From Candidatus Latescibacterota bacterium (GTDB lineage Bacteria; Latescibacterota; UBA2968), in contig OZ220741.1 of NCBI GenBank assembly GCA_965116885.1, positions 2,656,001 to 2,720,000 of the forward strand: a stretch of DNA of 64,000 nucleotides. The letters are read 5' to 3'. The translations under genes were made by a program, and so were the position numbers. Positions 27,405 to 36,662 of the stretch are shown piece after piece (position 1 is the first letter of the stretch; every line of letters begins with the position of its first letter). The notes under the pieces were generated by a model. It had not been told where the DNA came from and made no database searches. It saw only the letters and a program-made list of their open reading frames with translations.

Positions 27405-28931
27405 TTACTCAAACCCCCATTCTGATTTCCGATAGTAGCGATCCACTGTCGGCTCCATTTCTGTGCTGACTTCGATTGCGTGTTTTTCATCGAACATGCC
27501 CTTCCAGAAGTGCAACATGCCCCGCATTGCTTCTGCATTCAAAAATTGCGTTTCAATATTCTCAAAGGTGAGTTGTTGCGTTCGTTGAACGAGGTCCATT
27601 TCTTCGGTTTTCATTCCCAATACCCATCCCCAATCTCCCATCGTTGGTATATAGGTGTGATAGGGGATTGTCGAAAAGCCAGCGTCTGTCATCGTGCGCT
27701 CAATGCACAGAAAAGCGAGGCGCGCGTTGAGAGGACTCGACGCCTGGGTTACCAGTACGCCGTCGGGTGTTAAGTGACGCGCGCAGAGGCGATAGAATTC
27801 CCGCGAATACAATCTGGCGAGGTCCGGTCCTTTGGGGTCGGGCAAGTCGATGATGATGATGTTGAATAACGCTTCTGAATGCGCCAAAAATGCGCCCGCA
27901 TCCCCGATTACTACGTTGACACGCGGGTCGTCCAGTGCCCGTGTATTCGCTTCCACAAAGACCGGGTGTGTGCGCGCCAGATCGATTATCGCTTTGTCCA
28001 AATCTACCAGGGTAATCGCTTGTACATCTGCATATTTTATTACTTCTCGCACAGCGAGTCCATCCCCCCCGCCTAAGATGAGTACGTTGTTCCGCGATCC
28101 CGATAGTTTCATGGCCGGATGTACCAGTGATTCGTGATAGCGTTCTTCGTCATAGGTGCTGAATTGCACGTTGCCATTTAAGTGCAGCCAGTGGTGGCCT
28201 TTCCATTCTGTTATGACAATGCGTTGATAAGCGGTCTGGTCTTGATAGACTACGCGGTCGCGATACCGACTTTGCTCGCCCCATATTACAATGGGACGGA
28301 TATAAAGCCCCAGTACCAGAAGGCCCGCGCCCAGGGTCCAGAATGCCGTCAATAACAGCCAGCGACGCGCCAATAAGTGCCGATATTGCCACAGCAATAC
28401 CGATGCTACGATAAAGTTAATCGCGGCCAACGCCAGCGGTGTGTACGTCAGGCCCAATTCTGGCAATAAAAAAAAGGCGAACAATAGTCCGCCGATCAAG
28501 GCGCCAAAATAGTCTTTTTCCATCACTGAAGCGATGTTGGTGCGCAGGTCCTGATATGCTTCGTTCATGCGCGCGACCAGCGGAATTTCCATGCCGATGA
28601 GCACGCCGATTGCAAAAGCATAGCTATAGATGAAAACACCTGCCGATAACGCGAGTACCGATCCAAAATACGCCACAACCGCACAGGTGGCGCACAGGAC
28701 CGAGAGATAAAATTCGATTGCGATAAAGCGATCCAGCAACCTGTCCGTCAACAATCGGCTCCATCGGCTGCCCAATCCCATGGCAAATAACATCAACGAC
28801 ATGAGCACGGCCCACTGCAATGTCGTGTTGCCCAATAGATAGCTCGCCAGCGTTGACAATGTAAATTCCGCCACAATGCCGGCACATCCCGTGGCGAATA
28901 TACAGGCTTTTAAGAGATAGCTCTGTCGCAT
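27405..28931 (-). CDS. speE: Membrane-anchored polyamine aminopropyltransferase (spermidine synthase with multi-TM N-domain)
   Basis: About seven TM segments, then YQRI, DEERYHESLVHP, ILGGGDGLAVRE, IIIDLPDP, LYSREFY. Confidence 0.93.
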   Translation of the reverse strand: MRQSYLLKACIFATGCAGIVAEFTLSTLASYLLGNTTLQWAVLMSLMLFAMGLGSRWSRLLTDRLLDRFIAIEFYLSVLCATCAVVAYFGSVLALSAGVFIYSYAFAIGVLIGMEIPLVARMNEAYQDLRTNIASVMEKDYFGALIGGLLFAFFLLPELGLTYTPLALAAINFIVASVLLWQYRHLLARRWLLLTAFWTLGAGLLVLGLYIRPIVIWGEQSRYRDRVVYQDQTAYQRIVITEWKGHHWLHLNGNVQFSTYDEERYHESLVHPAMKLSGSRNNVLILGGGDGLAVREVIKYADVQAITLVDLDKAIIDLARTHPVFVEANTRALDDPRVNVVIGDAGAFLAHSEALFNIIIIDLPDPKGPDLARLYSREFYRLCARHLTPDGVLVTQASSPLNARLAFLCIERTMTDAGFSTIPYHTYIPTMGDWGWVLGMKTEEMDLVQRTQQLTFENIETQFLNAEAMRGMLHFWKGMFDEKHAIEVSTEMEPTVDRYYRKSEWGFE

Positions 28932-28934
28932 ACT

Positions 28935-28979
28935 AAAATAATAAAACAACTCGGAGGGCTATAAACACCCGCCGAGTTG
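28935..28979 (-). terminator. Intrinsic terminator after the retropepsin gene
   Basis: Stem CAACTCGG...CCGAGTTG followed on the minus strand by TTTTATTATTTT. Confidence 0.6.
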
Positions 28980-28995
28980 GAAAGAGTTAATCGGG

Positions 28996-29379
28996 TTAGC
29001 GCAAGGAAATATCACCTTGCAGAAAGTCAATTATTAAAATTTGTCCACGTAGAAAATCCAGGCCCAAAAGCCCATCAACACTCGCACTCGGTGGCAGTGT
29101 ATGAGCAAGTACAGGGAAATTATCTCGTGTCTGCCCCAATGCTTGAAATCGGGTGACCAATAAACGCGGTGTGTATTCAACACCACTTCCCGTCGTGACT
29201 TGAACGCGATCAGGTGCTAATGAGGGATCGTATCCAATTGTTGTTAGTGGTGCGACATTAATCATCGTTCCTGTCGCACCAGTATCCAATGCGAGACGCA
29301 AAACAATACTGCCTGAAGGCCCGAAAACCTCAGCCTGAATAACGATAAGGCCGCGCAAAGGATTAAATATATCATTCAT
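28996..29379 (-). CDS. Retropepsin-like (clan AA) aspartyl protease
   Basis: LDTGAT and GLLGLDFL motifs; single domain, 127 aa. Confidence 0.9.
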   Translation of the reverse strand: MNDIFNPLRGLIVIQAEVFGPSGSIVLRLALDTGATGTMINVAPLTTIGYDPSLAPDRVQVTTGSGVEYTPRLLVTRFQALGQTRDNFPVLAHTLPPSASVDGLLGLDFLRGQILIIDFLQGDISLR

Positions 29380-29603
29380 AGTACGACCGCAGTATCTTCT
29401 GGGATTTCACCAGTATAGACAATTGCAGATCGTTTAGGTCGCAAAGCTACTGCTTTCCGATAAACTTCGTCCCGGTCCTTGCTATGGTGAAGAATTTTAC
29501 CTTTTAAGACCTCAAGCGTATCATTTGTTTGAGGATTCTCGACCAGTACCCATTCCGACTCAAATTGTGCCCTCATTTCTTCGACTGTCATGATGTTATC
29601 CAT
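29376..29603 (-). CDS. Small protein (DUF5678-like) coupled to the retropepsin
   Basis: AAGGAG RBS; 75 aa with EWVLV...GKILHHSKDRDEVY; ATGA overlap with the protease. Confidence 0.75.
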   Translation of the reverse strand: MDNIMTVEEMRAQFESEWVLVENPQTNDTLEVLKGKILHHSKDRDEVYRKAVALRPKRSAIVYTGEIPEDTAVVL

Positions 29604-29616
29604 CTTTGCTCTCCTT

Positions 29617-29694
29617 TTAGTCGAATGTATCGGTAGCCTCATTCTACCAAATTTCGCGCACTGGAATTTTCTTTAATTCCCCAAAGTTATTCAT
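29617..29694 (-). pseudogene. Remnant 5' end of a DUF4268-like gene
   Basis: AAGGA RBS then MNNFGELKKIPVREIW*NEATDTFD*; resembles the LGKL.KV.LRE.W..EA.DF N-terminus I recall for that family. Confidence 0.5.
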
Positions 29695-29706
29695 TTCTGT
29701 CCTTTT

Positions 29707-30552
29707 TCACAAACTCCACACAATCAGGAACGATGCGCCGATATAAGATGTGGCTTCGATGAAGCCCGCGGCCAGGTTGGGGTGTTCTTGATTGGCGATT
29801 TCATCGGTCAGTTTTTGTCCGGGTAAGAGGATTACGTCGGAGATGAGTCGAACGATGGGTAGCAAGATCAATCCCGCGACGACTTCGATTGCAAAGTCCT
29901 GTAGATTTACAGCCCAGGAAATAAAATTGCCCGCCGATGCGTGAAACACGATGACGCCAATACCGACCAGTGCGCCTGCAAAAGCGACGCCTGCGGCGAC
30001 GTTGTCTTTTTCGATTTCATCGTGTATGCTATACGGGGTAATCCATTCGTACATCAGTCCGGCCAATACCAGGGCGAGTTGGCCCAATGCCCAGAAAATC
30101 ACGGTTGTCACAATTCCGCCAATCTCACCCGATACGGCGCCAAAGATTACCAGTCCCGTTGCGATATACGACGCGGCGACCACAACACCCGTACCCGCGT
30201 TTTGATCGTCGATCAATTCATCCCGAACTTTGAATCCGTGTAAGATCAATCCGTCATTGACCAGACGAGACAGATTGAGCAAGATGATCGCCAGCAATCC
30301 GTATATGCCGATGTCGATCAAATCGTTTTCCAATCCCTGCGATGGCCCAGATAGGGTGCCGCCGATGGCCATGATCAATCCGAAGAAATATCCCGCCATG
30401 GCCACACCCAGTGCGACGTTGTCTTTTTCTACGAGTTCTTCCCGCACGCTGTAACTCGTTGTCGTCAAGTCTTTGACCAATTTGCCGATCCAGAATAATA
30501 CAAACGCGCTGATGAGATAAATACCCGTTGCAATCAAATCTTGTAAAATCAT
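29707..30552 (-). CDS. DUF350 membrane protein (two repeats)
   Basis: EELVEKDNVALG and DEIEKDNVAAG repeats with many TM segments. True start is ATG 30552, overlapping the upstream stop. Confidence 0.85.
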   Translation of the reverse strand: MILQDLIATGIYLISAFVLFWIGKLVKDLTTTSYSVREELVEKDNVALGVAMAGYFFGLIMAIGGTLSGPSQGLENDLIDIGIYGLLAIILLNLSRLVNDGLILHGFKVRDELIDDQNAGTGVVVAASYIATGLVIFGAVSGEIGGIVTTVIFWALGQLALVLAGLMYEWITPYSIHDEIEKDNVAAGVAFAGALVGIGVIVFHASAGNFISWAVNLQDFAIEVVAGLILLPIVRLISDVILLPGQKLTDEIANQEHPNLAAGFIEATSYIGASFLIVWSL

Positions 30553-31280
30553 TTTCCAAATCCTCCAAAGCTGCGGCTGCCAAATCCTGATCGGCTGCGA
30601 CTTGTTGAACGCGAGCTTCCAAAGCCGGTCCGACTCTGGCTCGTGCGACTTTGCACTTTTTGTGCGAATGATTGTCTTTTTTGCGCTATGTTTGCCTGGC
30701 GCCGCTGGAATGTCGTTGGTTTTTGTTTTTGCGTGACAGATCCCTGCGTGCCATACTCCCGATTGCGCCCGTAATACGGACGTTGATCTCGGCGATAAGA
30801 CCGATAATCGTCGTAGTCGTAGCGACTCATGCCAAATCCGCCGCCCCAACCGAGCAAATGACTCATGAGCGCGTATTGGCCGTAGAATTCCCAGAACGAT
30901 GTGCCTCCGCGATCCGTCCAACGCCCGTAGCTCGAATTGCCCACATAGTGGTATCCGGGGGGATGTGGCGTGTTGTTGACGCCATCTTGCTCAGATTTGG
31001 CAACGAGTGCCATTCCCAAAAACGGTTCGTATTTTCGATAGATGGATTCCGATACTTCTATCCAGTCCGATTGTACCTGTTTTTCGCCCTGTGTTATTAA
31101 ATACCGGTGATAATACGTGGTGAAAAGAGAGCCTTCTTCGCGCATGTCATCCAGTACAATCATATATGCCGGTGCCGAGGCCAGCGATTTTTGCATTTCG
31201 ACGACGGGATCGCGTTCGCCGCCGCATCCGGACAACAACAATAGGCCGACCAGCAAGATCGGCAATCGTTCTCGTGTCAT
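30549..31280 (-). CDS. Lipoprotein with Gly/Ser/Arg-rich tail (PspA-locus associated)
   Basis: GGAGG RBS, lipobox LLSGC, GYHYVGNSSYGRW, SFWEFYGQYA, RSGFGSRSFGGFGK end. Confidence 0.85.
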   Translation of the reverse strand: MTRERLPILLVGLLLLSGCGGERDPVVEMQKSLASAPAYMIVLDDMREEGSLFTTYYHRYLITQGEKQVQSDWIEVSESIYRKYEPFLGMALVAKSEQDGVNNTPHPPGYHYVGNSSYGRWTDRGGTSFWEFYGQYALMSHLLGWGGGFGMSRYDYDDYRSYRRDQRPYYGRNREYGTQGSVTQKQKPTTFQRRQANIAQKRQSFAQKVQSRTSQSRTGFGSSRSTSRSRSGFGSRSFGGFGK

Positions 31281-31325
31281 AATTTCCTCCAAAAAAGATA
31301 TTCACATCGCTTTTGTGAACTTTAC

Positions 31326-31766
31326 TTATTCGACATCAGAATCTTCTCCATCTACTTCCGACTTGATTTGCTGATCTTCAAAACCCCAAAAATCCGATGG
31401 TTTCAGAATCGGGATATTTTCAAAATATTCGAGATCAAGTAAGTCTTTGTCACCAGAGATCAAACAGTCTGCCTGTGCTTGTTTCACACTTAAAAGCACA
31501 TGATTATCATCTTCATCCCGGGATACGGATGGCAGCGTTCCTTCTAATTGGAAGTGTTCACTAATTTCCAGTATCCAAGATTCGACTTCTCGAATACGGT
31601 CTGGCGTGTATTGAAATCGAGTTGCGAGTTTCTCTGTAACTTCGTCTAAAATCCAGTCAGATATCACTAATTGATGTGTACTTAGACAATAATCAATAAG
31701 TTCAGCACAAGCGCCTCGTGTGATTAATCCAGCGATCCAGACATTGGTATCCAGCAAAATTCTCAA
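31326..31766 (-). CDS. PIN-domain toxin (VapC-like)
   Basis: RILLDTNV, RDEDDNHVL, ISGDKDLL. Confidence 0.92.
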   Translation of the reverse strand: MRILLDTNVWIAGLITRGACAELIDYCLSTHQLVISDWILDEVTEKLATRFQYTPDRIREVESWILEISEHFQLEGTLPSVSRDEDDNHVLLSVKQAQADCLISGDKDLLDLEYFENIPILKPSDFWGFEDQQIKSEVDGEDSDVE

Positions 31767-31981
31767 GAAATTCTCCTAAATACATCTTCATCTGTATAAA
31801 CGCCCTGAGCTTGTGCCTGAGGAATCATTACGCGCCTGAGTCGCTGAAATTCTTCTCTTTGAAGATATTGTCGGAGAGCTTCGCTCACCACTTCGTTGCG
31901 AGTGATCTGGGCAGTCTCAACCATCTGGTCCAATCGTGTACGCAACGAACCAGGTAAACTAATCTGAATCGTATCTTTCAT
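31763..31981 (-). CDS. Ribbon-helix-helix (CopG-like) antitoxin
   Basis: ISLP..L...LD, RNEVVSEALRQYL, TDEDVF; overlaps the PIN start. Confidence 0.88.
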   Translation of the reverse strand: MKDTIQISLPGSLRTRLDQMVETAQITRNEVVSEALRQYLQREEFQRLRRVMIPQAQAQGVYTDEDVFRRIS

Positions 31982-32033
31982 AACGTCCTCCTTTGTCTTT
32001 ATTAAAATACCTCAATATCAGTTTTGTGCAATA

Positions 32034-33497
32034 CTATCTCGGGTCTTCGGGTAGTTGTGAGAAGTCGAATTCATTTACTTCGTCAATGTTGGGGGTGAAT
32101 GGGGAGATGGCGTGGGGGATATGGCTGTGTCCACAGCTTGCGATGAGTGCTCGGGCGCGTGTTTGCCGTTCGGCTTGCTGCAAGATGTCATCGGCAGACC
32201 AGCGTGCAAAGATTTTTTCGAGACCCGATTGGATTACGTCACGATACCGGGGATCATTGGATAGATCGCGGCGTTCTTCGGGGTCTTCGTCGATGTTGAA
32301 CAATTGGCAGGAGTCGAATTCGGAGTAGTAGTTCAATTTCCACGGTCCCGTGCGGATCATGCACGCGGGCTGGTCTCCGAGTAAGCCGATGTATTCTGCA
32401 AAGACTTCATTGGGCCAGTCCGATGGTGGATCGCCTGTGAGGAATGAGGCGAAACTTTTTCCGGAGACATCGGGCATGGGGTCTGCGCCCGCAATGTCCA
32501 GAGCTGTGGGGCCGACGTCGATGAGGCTGACGATGGCATCTTCGGTGTGGTTTTCGCGAAGATGACCCGGCCATGAGCAGAGTAAGGGAATGCCGACAGA
32601 GCCTTCGTAAAAGCTGCTCTTCCACCACATGCCGTGTTCATGGGCCATGTCGCCGTGGTCCGAGGTGTAGATGATGGCGGTATTTTCTGCATCGGAGGAG
32701 GATTGTACGGTTTGGATAATCTGACCGATGTATCGGTCGAGTTCGGTTGTCAGACCGTAATAGGCGGCTAACCCGCGGCGGTTTTGTTCTGGGGTGATGT
32801 CTTCTACGCCGCGTCGTTCGCGCCATTTTTTCATGGCTGGATGCAGGGCGTTTAAGTATTCGGGCGATTCGGGTTCGAGCGGGGGGATTTGCGCCATGTA
32901 ATACTCGAAGTCTTCTCTGCCGCAGATGAGGGGATTGTGCGGGTTGATGTAGCCGACGACGAGGGCATAAGGTCTGTCGCCCTCTTGATGATCGGCGATG
33001 AATTTGCAGGCTGTTTCGGTGACGGATTTGTCAAAGTGGCGATAGCCCGTTTCGCCATAGCCGGATACTTGAACGCCGTATTTGGTCTGTCCCGTTGTGC
33101 GGTTGTATCCAGAGCCGAGAATTTCTGCGGATAGCCCGCCGCAGTCAGCGTGGATGCGTTTTTCAAAGCCGTGAAATTGGTCGGGGTTTCTAAAGTGCAT
33201 GCGACCGCATAGCACGGCTTCGTATCCCGCCGCGCCAAATGCATGGGCAAATGTGGGGGTGTCAAAAGACAGGCTGCCGCTGTTGTCATAGACGCCCACA
33301 TCGCTGGGGTACTGCGCGGACATGAAGCCCGACCGCGAAGGCGCGCAGAGGGGATAGGGACAATACGCATTGCGAAACCGGGTTCCATTGCGGGCGAGTG
33401 CGTCCAGGTTCGGCGTTTGCACAATGGGATTTCCCGCACATCCCATTACATGGGGGTTGTGCTGGTCGGAGATGATGATGATAATGTTGGGAGTCAT
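32034..33497 (-). CDS. Cys-type sulfatase (choline-sulfatase-like)
   Basis: SDQH, CAPSR, GRMHF, PHNP, SDHG, WWKSSFYE. Confidence 0.93.
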   Translation of the reverse strand: MTPNIIIIISDQHNPHVMGCAGNPIVQTPNLDALARNGTRFRNAYCPYPLCAPSRSGFMSAQYPSDVGVYDNSGSLSFDTPTFAHAFGAAGYEAVLCGRMHFRNPDQFHGFEKRIHADCGGLSAEILGSGYNRTTGQTKYGVQVSGYGETGYRHFDKSVTETACKFIADHQEGDRPYALVVGYINPHNPLICGREDFEYYMAQIPPLEPESPEYLNALHPAMKKWRERRGVEDITPEQNRRGLAAYYGLTTELDRYIGQIIQTVQSSSDAENTAIIYTSDHGDMAHEHGMWWKSSFYEGSVGIPLLCSWPGHLRENHTEDAIVSLIDVGPTALDIAGADPMPDVSGKSFASFLTGDPPSDWPNEVFAEYIGLLGDQPACMIRTGPWKLNYYSEFDSCQLFNIDEDPEERRDLSNDPRYRDVIQSGLEKIFARWSADDILQQAERQTRARALIASCGHSHIPHAISPFTPNIDEVNEFDFSQLPEDPR

Positions 33498-33635
33498 AAA
33501 ATTAAGAAGCGGTGTACAATTGCGATAGCAGTTCATTGAGCATTGATACATCTACATCCATGTAGAAGCGATCCCGGTCTCATATTATTAGATCAGAAAA
33601 TGGCCTCGCGCGTTCCAGATTGATCAATTCCGACC

Positions 33636-34343
33636 CTATTTTGTATCATTCCCGTTATACAATCCCTCGCCGCGCACGAGCAGGCGCTTGGGGTTGGGGA
33701 TGTCCATGAGTTCATCGACGCTGTGATAGCCAACCGTCATGCTCATGCGCGTGTCGTCGGTGTGGTTTTCGCCTGCGCCGTGGACGACCATGCTGTCGAT
33801 TGCGAGCATTCCACCTGCTGGCATGGGGACGGGGAGTGATTGACCGAGGACATCGCTTGCCCAGTCTGCATCGTGAATAGATGTGGAGACGCCGGGGAAG
33901 TGATGCGATCCGGGTACAATGCGGGTGCATCCATTTTCGAGGGTGGTTTCTTCGAGGTAAAAGATGATGGTGTAGATGTTGCGCGTCCACTGTCTGACAT
34001 CGCGGTGAAGATACGCGCCTTTGTTGTCCTCTGCCGTGCGCAAGGTGGCGTGGTTGTGGCGGTTGGTGAGGATTTCGATATTGGGTCCCAAAAGCGATTC
34101 GAGTGGGTCGAGCGCGTATGGATGCGTGACTGCTTCTCGAAAGATCGGCGCGCGGTCCATAAGGGCAGAGATGCGAACGGCGCGGCCATCCTTATTGCGT
34201 ACGATGGGTTCGATTGCGCGGTCAATATCGTCCATAATAGCGGTCTTCAGGTTTTCGACCATTTCTTCTGGCAAAGGGTCTGGGAGGCAGAGAAAGCCGT
34301 TGTTTCGGAAGAGCTGGATTTGTCGCATGGTGAGTGAGGACAT
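33636..34343 (-). CDS. Phytanoyl-CoA dioxygenase (PhyH) family protein
   Basis: LHRD, NGCTRIVPGSH, HGAGEN...RMS. Confidence 0.92.
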   Translation of the reverse strand: MSSLTMRQIQLFRNNGFLCLPDPLPEEMVENLKTAIMDDIDRAIEPIVRNKDGRAVRISALMDRAPIFREAVTHPYALDPLESLLGPNIEILTNRHNHATLRTAEDNKGAYLHRDVRQWTRNIYTIIFYLEETTLENGCTRIVPGSHHFPGVSTSIHDADWASDVLGQSLPVPMPAGGMLAIDSMVVHGAGENHTDDTRMSMTVGYHSVDELMDIPNPKRLLVRGEGLYNGNDTK

Positions 34344-34346
34344 GTC

Positions 34347-35096
34347 TTACTCCTGAACGGGAAGCGTATAGGGATGGGGATGTCCCGTATAGACTTTTTC
34401 GCCGCGTACGAGAACTTTTTCCGGGTCGTCTTTGATCACGTCGTGGGCGTCGTGGGCGCGATAGGCAACCGTCATGCTGCGGCGAGAATGATCGGAATGA
34501 TTTGTGTCAGAGCCGTGATAACAGCAGTCGTTAAAGAGCAGTACGCCGCCGCGCGGCATGGGGATTGGCACTGCGCGGTAATAGTTGTCGCTGTCGTAAA
34601 AATTGTCTCTTTGTTTTTGCGGTCGGCGCGGGTTGAGAAATGGTCGGTTGTGGCTGCCGGGTACGATGCGCACACAGCCGTTTTCAACGGTTGATTCTTC
34701 GAGGTAGATCAAGCCGGTGATGAGGGTGTGGTCATAGGGTTCTTCGCCGGCGTGCCAGGGGACGGGATAAGACCCGGATGGGCGCACCATGACGTGGTTG
34801 TGTTTGTTGGTGAGTACTTCGATGTTTGGACCGATGATGCCTTCGAGGGCGTTGAGGATGATGGGGTGAGACGCGGCTTCAAAATAGACGGGGTCTCGCA
34901 AGAAAATTTTTGAGAGACGGCGAATATTTTTCGGTTCTCGCTCCACCTTTTCTTCCCAAACAATGGGTTCGCGCATGTCTGTAATTTGCCGGGAGGTGAC
35001 TTCATTTAGATGATCGACCAGATCGCCGGGCAGGGTCTCGCGGACTTTGTAAAATCCAGTGGTTTTGAAATACCAGAGGTCTTCTTCTGTGATCAT
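34347..35096 (-). CDS. PhyH family protein with an atypical metal motif
   Basis: NGCVRIVPGSH, HGSDTN...RRS; the HxD site reads WHAGE. Confidence 0.88.
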   Translation of the reverse strand: MITEEDLWYFKTTGFYKVRETLPGDLVDHLNEVTSRQITDMREPIVWEEKVEREPKNIRRLSKIFLRDPVYFEAASHPIILNALEGIIGPNIEVLTNKHNHVMVRPSGSYPVPWHAGEEPYDHTLITGLIYLEESTVENGCVRIVPGSHNRPFLNPRRPQKQRDNFYDSDNYYRAVPIPMPRGGVLLFNDCCYHGSDTNHSDHSRRSMTVAYRAHDAHDVIKDDPEKVLVRGEKVYTGHPHPYTLPVQE

Positions 35097-35112
35097 GTTG
35101 AGATATCCTTTA

Positions 35113-36447
35113 TTATCGCGGGTCCATTACCCGCCCGACAAATAGGGTGGTATTGGTCGCTATGTCTCGGATGAGGAAGATGAATGGCCGATCGACTGTG
35201 ACTCTGGGGGGAAGGGATGTCACCCCTATGACCACGCCGGTAGCGGCGGCGGCTTCTGTGCCATTCTCATTGACCAGGACAAATGCTTTGTGAAACGCAT
35301 CTGAAATGGAGAGGCTTTTTGTTCCATCCATGCCGGAGAAGTCCGCTAATTGCGGGTTAAAGGCGTCTGATATTCCCATCTTCTGGAGCATTGCGCCCAG
35401 CTTGAATTGCGCTTCAAACTCGAATGAGGGCATGGTGAGTTCTATGCGCTCGCGTCTCATGTCTTTCGAAGCCTGACTGATGAGTTCGGCGTTTAGCGAC
35501 TTTTCGAACGAGTCAAAAGTGCCTTTGTCGGGGAGCAGGATGACCATGGATATTTCACTGCCATCGTAGAGCAACTCCACGGCTTGATATCCAGTGCCCC
35601 TCGCATAGCCGAATGATTCGGTCTGTCGCATCATCGGTACTTTTATGCTGCTGCCATTTAGCAAATGGAAGTCGCCTTCAGCAGTGGCTCTTTCGTCGAA
35701 GGGGTGGAGCCAGGCCGCGTTGAAGTAGATGGCGTTGGTGAGGACTAAGCGGGTCAAGTTGTCGATGGCGCCAGAGGGAATCAGGTCTTTGATTTTCTCC
35801 TCGGTCTGATGGGCGACCCAGTCGTTGATTGTGACGCGCGAGTTTTCGGGTGCTTCGGTGAAGTTTGCGATTCTCATTCCAGCGCCGTAATTTTCCGCCA
35901 GTTTGTCCAGAAAGTCCTGCAGAAAGTTATAGCCCTGTTGTCCCCAGATCGCATTGGCGATGTTCAATCGAAATCCCTTGCCATCCTGGCCGCTACTGCC
36001 TTCGCCGCGAGAAGCGAGTTGGAGATCGAGGGCGTTGAACGCAGGGTGCAACTTGTCCTGGGACAAGATGAAGTGTAGTGCGTTTGACATCTGGCGTTCG
36101 GTTTCGCCTCTGGCACCGGCATAGGTCATCGCAAGTGCCAGCGAGATGCTGTAGGGCGAGTAGAAAAGGTTTCCACTTTCTTCCTCATGCAGTTTCTGAT
36201 ACAGGTTAAAGGCGAAGTCGTTGTTCCCGCGTACCAGGTCTGATAATTCTGAATCTGTCGCCAGAGGTACGGTTATCCGCGTTTTTTCTGATCGCACTTC
36301 ATTTGATTGTGTTTCTTCTGTCGCAGGTGTCTCGTTTGGAGGGGGTGCCGTGGGTGAGGTCTCCGGTATTTTACCGCATCCGAGTAGTGAGATTGATAGT
36401 ATTATAGCAGGAAGGAAACGGTTGGTTGACTTTTGTATCATTTTCAT
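35113..36447 (-). CDS. Serpin lipoprotein
   Basis: Lipobox LLGC, NLFYSPYSIS, NAIYFNAAW, hinge ENGTEAAAAT, VDRPFIFLI, FVGRVMDP. Confidence 0.95.
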   Translation of the reverse strand: MKMIQKSTNRFLPAIILSISLLGCGKIPETSPTAPPPNETPATEETQSNEVRSEKTRITVPLATDSELSDLVRGNNDFAFNLYQKLHEEESGNLFYSPYSISLALAMTYAGARGETERQMSNALHFILSQDKLHPAFNALDLQLASRGEGSSGQDGKGFRLNIANAIWGQQGYNFLQDFLDKLAENYGAGMRIANFTEAPENSRVTINDWVAHQTEEKIKDLIPSGAIDNLTRLVLTNAIYFNAAWLHPFDERATAEGDFHLLNGSSIKVPMMRQTESFGYARGTGYQAVELLYDGSEISMVILLPDKGTFDSFEKSLNAELISQASKDMRRERIELTMPSFEFEAQFKLGAMLQKMGISDAFNPQLADFSGMDGTKSLSISDAFHKAFVLVNENGTEAAAATGVVIGVTSLPPRVTVDRPFIFLIRDIATNTTLFVGRVMDPR

Positions 36448-36662
36448 TTCAGCCTCCTGGCCCCGGCTATTGCCTCAATGGATAGGTACAGAAAAATTAT
36501 CTCAAATTACGGTGTAAATCAAGGTTTATTGTTTGCGATGATCCGAGATGTCACATTTTTCCCAATCTGGATGCTTTCGTTTTTTCTATGAGCAACGAAG
36601 AAAATGTAGTATATTGAATTACCAGAAGTTCTTTGTTTTTCATTTTGTGAAAGGATAGTTGT

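Noticed and set aside
27341..27538. 65 aa ORF ending RRWTQMDAD
   Set aside because: Product of the CATCTGCGTC repeat and overlap with speE; no evidence for a real gene.
30553..30921. 123 aa N-terminal extension of the DUF350 ORF
   Set aside because: Overlaps the lipoprotein gene in another frame; ATG 30552 is coupled to the lipoprotein stop.
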